Assembly (NCBI RefSeq): GCF_964204645.1
Contig: NC_134031.1
Coordinates: 19,289,910-19,353,909 of the forward strand
Reading direction: 5' to 3'
DNA length: 64,000 nucleotides
From: Tubulanus polymorphus
Lineage: Eukaryota; Animalia; Nemertea
The stretch's first letter is position 1. Each line of letters starts with the position of its first letter. Below the pieces are notes generated by a model that worked only from the letters and a program-made list of their open reading frames with translations, was not told the origin of the DNA and ran no database searches. Both the position numbers and the translations under genes were made by a program. Of the stretch, positions 39,101-52,266 are shown piece by piece.

Positions 39101-39931
39101 AAAGTGAATACATGTTGTAATGATTATCGGTTACACCTCTTACAGATTGAGGATAACACTAATCTCCGTATATCGGTTATAATGACTTACTGCGGAATTT
39201 TCGGAATTTCTGCGTTATTTTTGAACAATGATGATATTATTCCTGTACCGCGTCCGGAACTCAGTTTCTGCCGCTTCTCCGCGTTATCATCAGTTATCGC
39301 TGACGATTCTAATTTTCTTTTTCTAGACGGTTCAGTTTTCAGTTTCGTCGCCTTCTTCTCATCACCACCTCTCGCCTGTTTCTTGTGTAAAATTGCTCGC
39401 CGCACTTGTTCATCCAGAGAATCATCTTCTATTTGTTTTTCTTTTTTCTTTTTTTTAATACGATCAAGCTAAAATAATGACCAATTCATCAATCAATATA
39501 AATTTGATATCGCTAAGGTCTAGATTTTCTGTAGTGCCCTTCCCAGAAATTGCCATAACAGACCCAGGCAGAAGCTTAAAACCTGTTCAATCATCAAAAT
39601 CACGGGCGGAAGGAGGCCTGGTGGTGGCTAGTCTAGTACCTAGCCGTCGTTCCACAAACAACCGGCAACCGGCGGTGTAACAACGACTGGTAGTATTCAG
39701 TTCAGACTAGGTTGTGGCCTATCGGTCGTTTAAACCAATGTTACCCCGAGTATGTGGTTTGTGAAAATATCCGATCGTGAAACTAAACCACAGAAAGGTA
39801 GTGATTATACTTACCCGTGCCTGCTGAGATTTCAGCCTTTTTTTACTGTTCTTTTTTTCATCCCGTTCAGCACCAGTAAATGCTCCCTCAGATGTTATAT
39901 TTAACTGTATATAATTATCAGTATCACCCAT
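33110..39931 (-). CDS. DDX31: DEAD-box RNA helicase DDX31/Dbp7
   Basis: Exons 39931-39815, 39468-39191, 38605-38527, 38446-38332, 37535-37426, 37342-37301, 37220-37156, 36850-36731, 36284-35951, 35522-35334, 34898-34839, 34699-34509, 34270-34213, 34125-34023, 33769-33598, 33236-33110. [53 protein letters not shown], and C-terminal [16 protein letters not shown] typical of Dbp7/DDX31. Confidence 0.95.
34334..34426 (-). ncRNA. Candidate intronic box C/D snoRNA in DDX31 intron 12
   Basis: GTGATGA (34414-34408) and CTGA (34347-34344), flanking TTCCC/GGGAA stem, box D about 72 nt upstream of the 3' splice site. Confidence 0.4.
35629..35887. mobile_element. hAT-like MITE in a DDX31 intron; related fragments at about 30215-30403 and 34750-34785
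   Basis: TIRs cagggtggc / gccaccctg, internal ttccctgac repeats. Confidence 0.7.
38786..39073. repeat. 95-bp tandem repeat x3 in DDX31 intron 2
   Basis: Units start at 38786, 38881, 38976; core ctaagatttcaaat...caagtttcatgaaaa. Confidence 0.9.
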
Positions 39932-42107
39932 ATCTCTTTTCTTATTGTTTCAGTTCGGTCTAGAACAAGTTATGCTCTCATTTTTCATATAAAATGAATT
40001 ATTAAAAGATACCCATGCGTGCATATATATTTTAGGACATATCTTATTATAGGACGGCTTTCAGCTGTATTGTTCATTGAATTGAATTGCTAGGTGGCGT
40101 TAGCAGCTGGTACTAATATTTCAGCGCGGTCCCGGGCCAGTGCTCGTCTCGAATCATTGATGTAATACGATTGGTCGCGTTATTCGATTATTCTTTTGAT
40201 TTCTACTATACTTTCATTTGTGGATTTGGGTCTTATCAATCAAATGTCAAAACAGTCACGACGCCTGAGAAAAATAAATGGTCACCGCACCTTCACCAAT
40301 ACCACAGAGGCTCGTAATTGAAGTACGAGCCCCTGTGACAAATACGAACTTCATACGTACCCGACCGGCGCGTTAGTCTCTTGCAAGGGCTCTGTGGTGT
40401 AGCACTTAGCATCCTCGGTTGGCAAAGTACTGATCCTCTGTTCTTCCATGCGCAGGACTTAGGGTCAACTGATTTTTTTGTATGCCACTGTCGCCCGAAC
40501 CTTTGCCGAATCGTACATCATCCCAATCCTGGAACTCGGGTGTCTGAGACCTTGACCTCGTGTTCGGGTGGAAAAATGAATAAAGAACTATTTGGGTGCA
40601 ATAAAGAATTGGCCTCGAAAATTCTTGGCGACGGCACTTTCTATTTGTGCGGCGAGTCTGCACAACTACACGAAAGAAGACGAAGAAACTACAGCAAATT
40701 AAAGACAAAATAAACACTATATTTTACATTTTGCTCTGGTAAAATAAATAATATTCACACGTCCCAGAATTATTTATCACGAATAGAACATCATATCATT
40801 ATCGTAATGTATACCCATACAATCCCCGGGTAGCAGTCGTGTCTGTCTCATACGGATAGATATACTGACAGATTGGCCAATATGGCTCTCTTTCGATAGT
40901 TTCCGACCAGAAGATACATTCCATAGATACAACTGGCTGTAACATATTATCACATGCGTTTGGCGTCAGACCGTTTGGGATTTATATCTTCTTCCTGACT
41001 AGAATAATTACTAATTTTTTTTACACAACTATATCCTTTCTCCATTTCGTATTAGACGTGAAATAATATAGCAGCACATTATACAATCAGCTTTTCTATA
41101 TACAGATTTCATTTCGCTTTTTGAAAGAGAAAATGACGATGGTATGCCTATCGCTTAAAGACAAGATTTTCAGAGGAACAGCCTAATCTTAATTGGTATT
41201 TCATCTGATCGTGCGTCAGTTACAGATTAATTTGAATCAGATCTTCTAATAACTCCTTCAATGGAAAGCCAAAATATCACCCGTGTACAACATAACTTTT
41301 TCACGCCATTCGGAGATTAATGCCAAACGCACTTCTAAAATACAATTTAGGAATAAGATTCTGTACGTAGTAAATCCGCTTAGATCCGTGTTATGAAAGC
41401 GATTCAATTAGTTTCTGATTATGCGGGTAAAATGTTGTTCTCGGTGAACTCTAAATGAAACAGTTATGTCATGCATTTTGATAAAGAATAAAATCCCTTT
41501 TTGATTTTATTTTATAATCATATAAAGCACATGTAAATATTATGAAATATATCACCGTTCTGTTGCACATCAACATAGAAACTCTTTGATAGCTGAGACA
41601 GTTCATTAACAACCTGGCGCCTATTCCGCATCACGGGTCTATGAAGAGCAACTCTATAACCACAGACACGAAGGAACACATTCTAAAATGACCCGTTAAG
41701 TTATACGCGTAAATAGCAAAATCGAACGCGGTGACATCACGATAAAAGTTCGAGGAAACTAGAAAAACATTTGACTTCTTTGAAATCCTTAGATTTCTAC
41801 ATAATAGAGTCAGTAATTCATGATGAATACGGTATGAGTAGGAGGCCGCTACTGATAAAGGCACACAGTTATATAGGGTCAGCTCGAGGGCATGTAGAAA
41901 AAGTAATGTTTATGTACATCCTACTGGTCATTTGTGTTTGTAATGGTAAGAGAGGAGTCGATAATGTGTTCCATATCTGCGTAATGTGGTAATTATGTGG
42001 ATGAGACTTCCAATAGTGCTCGTTATTTTTCCTTTTTGTTGCGTGTTCTAATAAGATAAATTGGGCTGGATGCCAGGACAGGTTATGACAGGCTCGGGTA
42101 ATTGTTC

Positions 42108-42355
42108 CGAGGGCGGATCCAAGGGGAGGGTGCAAGGCCGGGGTGCGCACCCGCTTAAGAGTGCCCTGAAATTTATGGGAAAATGAAAATAATTAAACTT
42201 ATACCTAAATAATTTTAAAAGTCTAAATTCATAAGCTTGTGTGTGAATTTCCCAAAAATATATTAATGTTTCCAGATGAGCTTTCTTTTGGAGTGCCCTT
42301 TTCATCTTATGATATGCCCTATTTGGGGTGCACCCCGTCCCTGAATCCGCCACTG
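42108..42355. mobile_element. hAT-like MITE
   Basis: Termini gggcggatcca / tgaatccgccactg with subterminal ggggtgc(g)caccc motifs. Confidence 0.65.
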
Positions 42356-42415
42356 TATTCAACCAGAGAAAACAGTCATACGAATTAGCTTCGAATCTGG
42401 GATCTTGTTGTTGCG

Positions 42416-42580
42416 GGCGCAGGAAAACCCTGTTAGTGCTAACCGTGGTTCGGCGTAAATGGACGCAGGAAAACGCTGTTAGCGCTAACCATTGTCTTCG
42501 TGTGGCCTCTTATTTTAAGCTGTTTAGCCTAAATCGGATAAGCACTAACCACGGTTAGGCTAACAGAGTTTTCCTGCGCC
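42416..42580. mobile_element. Fold-back MITE
   Basis: About 34-bp near-perfect TIRs ggcgcaggaaaaccctgttagtgctaaccgtggtt / aaccacggttaggctaacagagttttcctgcgcc, with an internal partial third copy. Confidence 0.75.
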
Positions 42581-43341
42581 TGTCTCGGTTGGTAGTTATG
42601 ATTTAACTAGGAGTCTCCGACTTCTAGAGACATTGAAAATGTGTCTTACAAAGAATAGTTGCGTCTAACTGTACACGCGCACGACAGGAATCGAATCCTA
42701 GTAGCGGTACTTTCTCCTATTATTCTTCAGCATTTCGGTGATTTCCCCAAAACTGAATCAGTCTTATATCGGTTCAGCTTTCCCAAACGGGTTACGATGT
42801 GGGCTAAACCCGAAAGTTGTATATTGATGTATAGCTGAAAACATCTAGTAGCGTAAGATTTGTTAATAGAAAATGTGACGTTTGATGAATACTTCAGAAA
42901 AGGAAAGGTTTAGCGAGCTTGATACGAATTTCAGATACTACGAAAGATTGTGTCGTTTTGTGACCATTTTAGGAATGAATACTAATTTTAAATAATGATA
43001 TTTTGCACAGAAAATCCATGAAATTACGCTGTTTGTTTTAACTGAGACGATAGAACCTGTTTTAAAATGTTGAAAAAACCACTGAAATTCACATTTCGAT
43101 TCTCAGTATATATTCAACATTTGACTTTTGAGCATTCTTCACATTTTAATCCGAGATTCGATCGATTCTTCTCCAAGATCAAATATTATTTTCAGGCGCA
43201 TGAGAAAGTCGTCTGCGGAACTAGCTATGATACAAGCAGACTGATTTCACGTCTTTAGAGATCATCAGAAACAAGTAAATATACGATATATACACCCGAA
43301 GAGAGATCACCATTCAACCATCAATTAACACAGTTCGCGTT

Positions 43342-46300
43342 TCAGTGATTTTTTCGCCTCGATTTTAATCTTTTGCGACCTTTCCTTAGACGTTGGCGCT
43401 TGTTTTGTCTATTTTTATTTTTCGATCGCCGACGTCTTGCTCGAGTATTTCGCGCCATTTCCTCGGCAAACGTCCACAATCGATGGCAAATTTCGTAACT
43501 TTCGCCTCTGCCCAGACGACAATGTACGTCACAGCGCGCTGAAATACGACGGCTGTATAATTGTTTACAATGTGAACACATAATCTTGCACAGGCCTTCG
43601 CTCGTTATATGTAAGCGTCCACTACCGTACTCTTTGACCAGATCGCTATATTGTCTGTGGTAGCCCGAATTTTGTATATCGTCACTTATTTGAGTAGCAT
43701 CAGTGGGCCGACTCTGCGGCGGTTGATTTGGCTGATGGTTGTTGTTGTTGTTGTTGTTGCTCGCTGGTGGATGATGAGTTGTATGGTGCTGTTGATGCCG
43801 TTGCCCGTGATGGTGATTGTGGTGACCTGGTCTTCGCTCCCGTGATTGCAGGTACGCCATGCCAACGATGGCCAGCCACAACACTTTTATCATCCTGCAA
43901 AGAAAACAATACAACAATTACACATTTAATCTACTCTACGCCATCTCTTTCTTTTTCCTATTTCTAAAATATGATTATATCATATTCATTGTGCCTGGAT
44001 GATCGGGGAGTGTCACTGTCAGCCCCTCCCCACGCAACGCGCGAGGATCGTACAACACGCGTGAAAGGTCTATACATAGTAAATAATCACTTGTCATTTA
44101 TTTTTATCTTTAAGGATTCGTGCAACTTAAGCTCGTACACAATTCTGAAGCTACAGCTAAAAGTTAAATCCTCAATCTCAAGCGACTGCCTTCTCTTTCT
44201 GGCGAAGCCGCCCCCGCAAAAATGCGCACGTGTTACGCATAATATAAAACACACATGGGTTAATATGCTAGCCCATCGGCGGCGTATCAATCAGAGAAGT
44301 GTCGCTTCTTTCCGCGCAATAAATGATTCAAATTTGAAATTGAATTACAACTCCGTCTTTGCACAAGTTCATGTTTAATTCCGGTAAATTATTGTCAGTA
44401 GCGCAGAACTTCGCCAAGTCGAAACAAGGTTACCGATTATACAATAACTTCGCCTATATAACAATGCCAGAAAAATTATACATTTTTTCTGAGATGTTTC
44501 CATCCAGATATATATTTTAGGTGCTCAGCAGAGACGCATTTTGTTTTCTTTCTGAATCCATGGAAATATTACCGAGAAGTTAACTCTATATTAACATGCT
44601 TTTAGCGTCGTTTATCGATGAAATGCGTACAAAAGTTCGGGCGTATCGCATGACATTCTCCACACACCATTTTAAGTGCTTTAATACCTAACCGACAGCA
44701 CTAGTCATTAAGGTGGAGTAGATCATGAAATTTATCTCACAGTTTGTCATCTTTCTCTCTTAAATAATTATGGTAACTAACGATACATTTTGCTTTCACA
44801 TCAATACCAGTGTACTAACTCTTACTCTTAATGAATCTTAGATATCTTTTTGAAATGGGATTCTCGTACGAAAGACCTTAGTAAAAAATGTTCCCACTCG
44901 ACGGTCACTCGAGACAATTATTACAAGCGGCGTGGTTTACTCCCGCCCACAAAAAAAGTCATTCCGGTTTGGATTTCTTCGAGCATAGCTAACTTACACC
45001 TTCAGAAATTTGATGCCAAGGACATGACATTCATCTATATAAATATGTCATTATTTTCTTGTATGTATTGCATTATTATGTACAATTTTAAGATAAGACA
45101 GTGCTCAGTACGATTAGACAGTCCCTACAATCCACACTATTTAAAGAATACACTTATCAAACAATATTGACATTAGCGAAAGCAGCTTTTGAACCTTAAT
45201 AATTGTACCCCAAACCACTAAATTACCAGTATCATAACTATAACGTATTGCTGTCAGTTTAGATTTGTGTAATAGGGTCGGATTTTGTATACAGTCACGA
45301 TAAAATGGAAATGATGAATGAATGACTTCTGCGACTTCTTCTAAAAAACATAACCGCGCACAAACGGGGCTGAAGTCAGCATAGTTTTTCCACTTAAAAT
45401 GTTTTTCATACTTACCATGCTCTCGTTTATACGAACTATTCATTAAAAGAAAAATAGATTAAAAAGGAAAACGACAAGATATTAGAAACCAACAGAACAT
45501 TTGTAGTTAAAAGTTTCTTTCAAAGTAAAAATTTGTCAATATGTAACTTCGAAGCTGAATAGAAATATTTTACGAATTTTACTTACTGCCATGATAGCGA
45601 TTTGAACATGTTCGAAATTGTCTAGAATCGAATATTCTGATGGTTCCCTGGTAATCGAAGAGGTTTTGAATTATCAGTAATAATCCGCGCCAGTGACCCA
45701 AACGAGTATATGAATGTTTCCTTAACGATTTCGTATTCAAATATTTTCAAAATCCTCCCGTCGCAATCCGTGTTTTCGAAATGAACACTTTTGAAAATCG
45801 GCCGGTTGTATTTATACGGACCGGCTCGTCGGTGCAGCCGATAGCTGACGTTGGCTCCGGGCTCGATACCGATCCCGCCATTATTGTGGGATATCGTCTG
45901 TCCAAACACACCCGTCGCAGTATCCATTGAAAAGACCAACAAGCCTGGAGGAATCTGTTTCAAAATCGGGTAAATATACCACCCTGGCGGTGGTTGAATT
46001 TTAGATTAAAATGTCACAGACACCGAAGACGTCATTTGAATTGTGACAAACATGTTCTAAATACAATTTTATCCAGTTTCCCCAGTTGCCGGTCACGGAT
46101 ACGAAGAGATCACGAAAGAAACGATAAAAAGAACCAAAAAGATTATAGCCATTTAAGAGGATCGATGACATTGGTTCCACAGCCGAGTCAAGAATACCCT
46201 AAACGATCTAAATGGACTTAACCAGATCATGAAACCTAATATTCGAAATATATTCATTCTAACTGGCTCTAAATACCGCTGTTTTTGTTATTTACGCATT

Positions 46301-47115
46301 AGTTCACAAATATAGGTTTATGAAAGGGGAAAATTAACAGGCTTTGAGATTAATAGTTCGTTAATGATTTTACAAGCGGAATACTTATTTTATGAGTGGC
46401 CGACGTGCGTCAGAAGTGCGCCTTATTGTTCAACGAGAATTAGTAGTTCATGGAGGCCATAGAATGATTATGTATTTAGGATTTTATGTTTTTTAAAGTA
46501 TCAAATGTTATCAACATTTCAACATGAACCCCAAAATAATACTTGATAATACTCGTAATCGTAATGAATTCATTTTCTTCGATTCAACATTTGAAGGAAT
46601 TTATTATTTCTTGGCATTGTACTATTTTGTAGAAATGCAAGCCATCACTTGCGTAATCAAAATGTTGTCAATAAATTCATCTATATATTTGTCTACCTAT
46701 CCACCAATCTATATATCTAGTCTATTTCCTCACAGAATCAGAATGATAGTGACAGTTCAATTCGATATATTGTCCCACGCATAAACACTATATATATACT
46801 CTAAATATATACTGTGTTATTTTCTAATTATTATGAGTTTCAAGCAGGAAAAATGCTGTCATCGTTAACGGATGGAAAATTAGTGTGGATGCATTTCAAG
46901 AAAAACACTATTTTTTAGACTTTTCTGACATGGGTTCGCATCGCATGCGTCTTCTGGGTAACTTGTTGACTTCAAGGGCCGCCAGAATAGAATAATAGAA
47001 AGTCACTGCTCCAGTTAGAAATACAGCGTTATCAAAAACAAAACCTCTACCTTAGAAATCATACATTATTGCAACACAAAACTCACCCAGTCATCAGACA
47101 ACGACACAAATTCAT
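43342..47115 (-). CDS. Secreted cysteine-rich peptide precursor with eclosion-hormone-like cysteine spacing (~193 aa)
   Basis: Exons 47115-47087 (MNLCRCLMTG, phase-2 donor GTGAGT) and 43894-43342 (acceptor TTGCAG). Signal peptide, His/Gln/Asn-rich pro-region, C-x3-C-x2-C-x11-C-x3-C-x10-C core, polybasic tail. Confidence 0.7.
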
Positions 47116-49468
47116 CGTCGCCAGTGAACATTGAGAAAACTGGAAGAACGCTAAATTAAAACCAAGATGGCATAGCGATGGTCGCGGTCAGTGTGCTGCT
47201 GGGGTAACTAATGACCGCACAAACCAAGACGCAGGAAGGGAGGTGTTATCGCCTGGTTAAGAAAAAGACCGGCAGATATTTATTGCTTCACCAAATAGTG
47301 CAATTCAAGGAAAATTCGGCACTTTTCATGACGTTCTTGATGAAAGATCGTCGAATCAGATTCAACACACACACGCACACGCACACTATAGCACCACCCA
47401 CAATATCCCGTACGAAACAATTAGCGTTCAGATTATAAATGATTTCTGTCACGCTCATAAACTGAAAGCCATTTTAACGAAGAAGACGAGTATAAAAGAT
47501 TTCATTATGATTATCCGGTAGGCTTGACTTTATCGAAATCGACTGTCGCCCGCCTCGTGACGTCGTATGGATCGATCATGTCTACGTCTAAAAATGTTCT
47601 TCTTCTATAAAAATCAGTTCATAAATATCTCCCGAGCCACCAGTATCGAGGTTGTCGCACTCAAAATAGCGCGATCGCGTCGACTTCATCAACGCCCGGC
47701 CGGTATGATCCAGTTACAGAGTTGTCGCTCGATGTTTTACAGGAGTCTCCGATAACAATATCTTCTCAATCAGATATGTTTAACGCCTGCGGCTGTATGT
47801 AAGAAGTGGCCAGGACGGCGTACTTATAAAATGAAATATTAATGAAATCTGCGGCTCAATAACCGGGGTCTACGCCTACGCTTTTCGTAATTTGAGTCGC
47901 ATCACGAGATACCGTTGACTGTGACTCCGTATAATCATAAATTCTGATCAAATATACATATACAGGTGTGTCAATAAAATATATCGGTTTACAAATTCTG
48001 TCCGCTAATTTTTCTTATAGCCACGGTGCTAAAAGACAACGTTTAATAATGCATTGAGCTGCATCGTGTACATTTATATATAAATCACGGATTCTTTACA
48101 ATATTGACAATTTCTAACTCGAAGCGACGAGACTTTCAGAAAAAAACAGGTTTCATGTTTGCGCTATATTGGATCGGGGAGAGGCTGATCTTTGTAAAAT
48201 AGTGTGACGGAGATATCCTAAATTAGAACGTCGTGTGCGAATTCGTCATGGTATCCATTTATAAAATGTCATTCGCAGATGATTTTAAGAATTCAAATTA
48301 CGTCTTACAGCGTCGGGTGTCGTCTAAACGCGGTAAAGCATTCTCGCCGTTAAAATACCGCAGATTCCTAACGTTAGGTAACCGTCCTCGTCACACCGCG
48401 CATTCGATCGGCTGCGTTAGTTTTTGGAAGCTGAACAAAATACGATAAAACGATTTGAATATTTATCCGTGGATCCCATATCGTAGATTACGCAAGCATT
48501 AAGATATCATATGCATGTATATGACTGCAATTAACTGATATCAATCTCATTGTAGAGTTAACAAATAAAAACCCACAGTTAGATCTGTAAAAACAGTTTA
48601 TTTCCCTTACAGTTTCTAGGCTTTAACTAAGCCTCATCATCAGAGGAACAAAAACAATAATTTGTTATTATCATTGTGTTTTTTGTCTCGACGAGAAAGT
48701 GATTAAAAACATTTCATTCTATGACACCGGTCTCAGCTGGTCAATTCCGGGCCCAGTTCCACTGTTCATGGTTAGAGGGTACTCTAATTTCAACCCAGAC
48801 CTGTAAAAGCGTCCTGTAAGGAAAATTAGTTAACGTCTGTTGGGATTTATTTATATCAACGTGTATATACTATTACATATTCCCCGTTAATGAAAATAGA
48901 CATAGCTACAGGCACGATTGTGCATGGGCAAATCATGGCAAAGCACCCAATGATTGGGGTTTGATAATAATCATTAACTTTATGGCCGCAATTTTTATCG
49001 TCAGTTCGGTTGTATAGCGATACTGAGCCCTCTCAATAGTACCACCATTACAGATGTTTGTATACCAACGCCGTTTATCGTTTCGGTTCTGGCTGATTTA
49101 ATTTGAGATAAAGGGTTCTTTGTGTGTCTTCCGATTATTCTCCGGAAACAACAGAATCCAAATGACTTGTTGACGTCGGCGCGGTAATACAAAAACACCA
49201 GGGGCGAATATCGATGGGACTTATCAACATCAAGGTTGCTGTCAAAATGTCATACAGAAAAAAGATTTTGTCTATTATTGTCTTGCAGATTTTTAACTTG
49301 AAAGCCATACATGTATATAGTGAAATATTCTAGTTTTACTGAAGCCAATGAAAATCTGGCGAAAAAACATCAGATTTCTTTTTCTGAACTCTTTCTTGAT
49401 TGCGGCGTAAAGTTCTCAATTTAAAAAAGGATTCAGATGAGATTCGTGTCATTACATTTTGATCTACA

Positions 49469-49607
49469 GGGGCCAGTTGCTCGGTCGTGACTTAATCCAA
49501 TAGTGGTCTTAAATCTTAAGACTGGTCTTAAGTTATTAGATTGGTTATGGAACTAAGTTAGTCTTAGGCAGGTCTTAAGTCCAAGCCATGACTATGCAAC
49601 CGGCCCC
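49469..49607. mobile_element. MITE with PIF/Harbinger-like GGGGCC termini
   Basis: TIRs ggggccagttgc / gcaaccggcccc; internal ggtcttaa repeats. Confidence 0.7.
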
Positions 49608-50096
49608 GATCTGGATTCAGTTCCATCTATAGTTGTCAATAAAGTTTGATTCTAGAGTCTTAAGTTCATTTCCGATGTCCCAATCCTTGGGTCAAATCTT
49701 AACCGAAATTCATGGATTTAAATGCTGGGTTCATAACGTAGGTCGTTCGTTTTTCATCATTATCGTAAAAGGATCAAACTTTTTTCGTTTGCACTCCTTG
49801 AACCATCATTTTCGGAGTGAATGATAATTCGAAGCTGTTTAATCTCTTCTACACTTGTTCGAAAATGGTAATTCAATTATCAAATACATAATATCGTCTC
49901 CCACAATGCACAGACTTGCACTGCGTGTAATGATTTAATCATTGTCGAAATCTGCAGCATAAGATTATCACCTAACAACATTTTCGAAAACGTTGCCCTG
50001 ACTCCCAAAGATGCAGAGTATCTCTCAAATAAACATTGGAATGAGAAAATTTAATATCAACTCCCCATAATGATCGGTAAGTGCCGAGTGATCGAG

Positions 50097-50262
<166 letters not shown>

Positions 50263-50594
50263 ATTTAAGTTATTAATAAAGAACGATATGAGGAAAATAG
50301 AATGTTGTGTCGCCGTGCCGCCGCAATATTTCCAAACATTTCCAACAAACCGTTCATGAAATATCTACACATAACACAAACAGGATGCAGACAGAGGGAA
50401 AGAGCTGGGAAGATGAAGAAATGCGGATAACTAGCAACGAAGAGAGGCAAATGTAGGGAGACAGGGGGATAGCCATTGATAAAACGCTATTTCCGAGTTG
50501 TGACAATAAAGTGGAGTGTGAAATGTTTTCCTTGAGCTACTTGTTTACTAAGAGTAGAATCTCAGAGGAGTTAAGTACTAGCTCAAATAAGGAA

Positions 50595-50915
50595 CCGTTT
50601 CTTACTCTATTTTCTGACGTCGTAAAAACCGTTAAAATAATGTTTATACATCGATACCTCGTATGCATTATTTACGGGGTTCTGTGTGAGTCGATGTGCA
50701 CTACGTCATCGATTTCGGCGTTTCAAAATAACAATTACATTTATTTAATAACTCACTATTTTTCATAATAATTTCATAAATTCATATTTCATAACTCTTA
50801 TTTCATTCTTGATAAATTTCAACAATTATTTTTGAGCGGATGTCCATTACGTCATCAATATATCGGGGCTAGACTGGTTGCCGGTCAATTCAATTCAATT
50901 ATCGATATATTTCAA
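50595..50915 (+). repeat. Dispersed ~320-bp repeat, copy 1
   Basis: Reverse-complement match to 57855-58160, e.g. agactggttgccggtcaattcaattcaattatcgatat vs atatcgataattgaattgaatttaccggcaaccagtct. Confidence 0.85.
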
Positions 50916-51811
50916 TAGGAAATGGCTTCATTGATCGGGGAATAACTAGATGGAAACATGGGTGACAAAGTGGGCGAATCTTCCTTCGCGAATGCTGAAA
51001 GAATATATCATCATCCACATATTTAGTCGGATACGTCGTTTATATCATACGATTTAGGTTAGTAATCGTTATTTTGACGGTTATTATACTTAGAGGAAAA
51101 TTGGCGGCAATTTTCACAGGTTCTATATATAGATGGTAAAGCTATTTAATTAGGCAGATAAAATACATATACACAATTATTTTTTGGCCGGCTATAAAAG
51201 TTTACTTAACACTCAAATCGCAATGAAAATGGAAGGGAGAGATCGGGTGAATGATGTTGTACGATATAGATTTCAATTTGCGGACAATAATTTGTTGGCT
51301 TTAGTTCTCTTATTTTCAGATCGCTGTAGCATGCTCATTCAGTTGAATGAAATGAACGCCTGTTCCAAAAGATACTCAATCCCCCTCTCTCAATCACCGA
51401 GGAAGGAATACACTAGACTATAGGCCTACGTCCGTGGATATAGTGAGTCCAGTTTTTGTTAGTTCTGTAGAATAGGGATACTTTGACCAGAGTGTCTGAA
51501 TTCATTGTTTGAACGACACTGAAGCCGACGTGTGTTACCGGCGTGTTTCATAAAATACACACGACGTTACGCGTTTTAAGTTTTCGCGATGATGCGATGG
51601 TTGTTGCAGGCAGGCGCGTGAGAAACTGACATTTGGTCCCATTGACGAAAACGTTGCCAGCACCGTATCGGATAATATCTCGCTGTTAGTTAATTGAATA
51701 AACACCACAATCGTGTAAGCAACCTTGTAAAAATGCGCACATCCAGCCTTCAAAAACGATAATAACAACATGTACAACATAACTTATTGTAATTTAAATC
51801 GTAAATAAAAT

Positions 51812-51857
51812 ATCATTATTATCATTATTATTATCATTATTATTATCACTATTATTA
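51812..51857. repeat. (ATT/ATC)n microsatellite
   Basis: atcattattatcattattattatc... Confidence 0.8.
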
Positions 51858-52156
51858 CGATCATAAAATTTTCTACAATTCATCCGGAATTTGTATCATA
51901 ACTTTAATATTTTCGTTTGATGGCGAAGACAGCAATATTTCATCGAAAATGTTAGCGTCACCCTTCTCCGTTTCATTCCGTCACACAAATCTGGTCACAA
52001 TTGCTCGCGTTTCTGGACAGAGTGTACATTACTTTAAGGCAAGGGAGCGAAAGCAAAGATAGTGCGAAATGCAACTGGCTTTTTGAAACGTTAAATCATT
52101 TCATACCTTCATTTTGAGAATTTGCTTAATCACGGACTCCTAACACGAAGAGTCCA

Positions 52157-52266
52157 GGGCCCGGTTTTATAGACTGGTATTTTCTTTGACCCGGGGTTAA
52201 CTCAATTGAAATGAATGAAGTTAGCCCTCTGGGTTAAAGTTAATACCAGTCTTTAAAAACCGGCTT
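52157..52266. mobile_element. Short palindromic MITE
   Basis: ccggttttatagactggtatt / aataccagtctttaaaaaccgg inverted arms. Confidence 0.7.

Noticed and set aside
40381-40717. Overlapping 100-110 aa ORFs near the DDX31 promoter
   Set aside because: No recognisable motif and no consistent splice partners.
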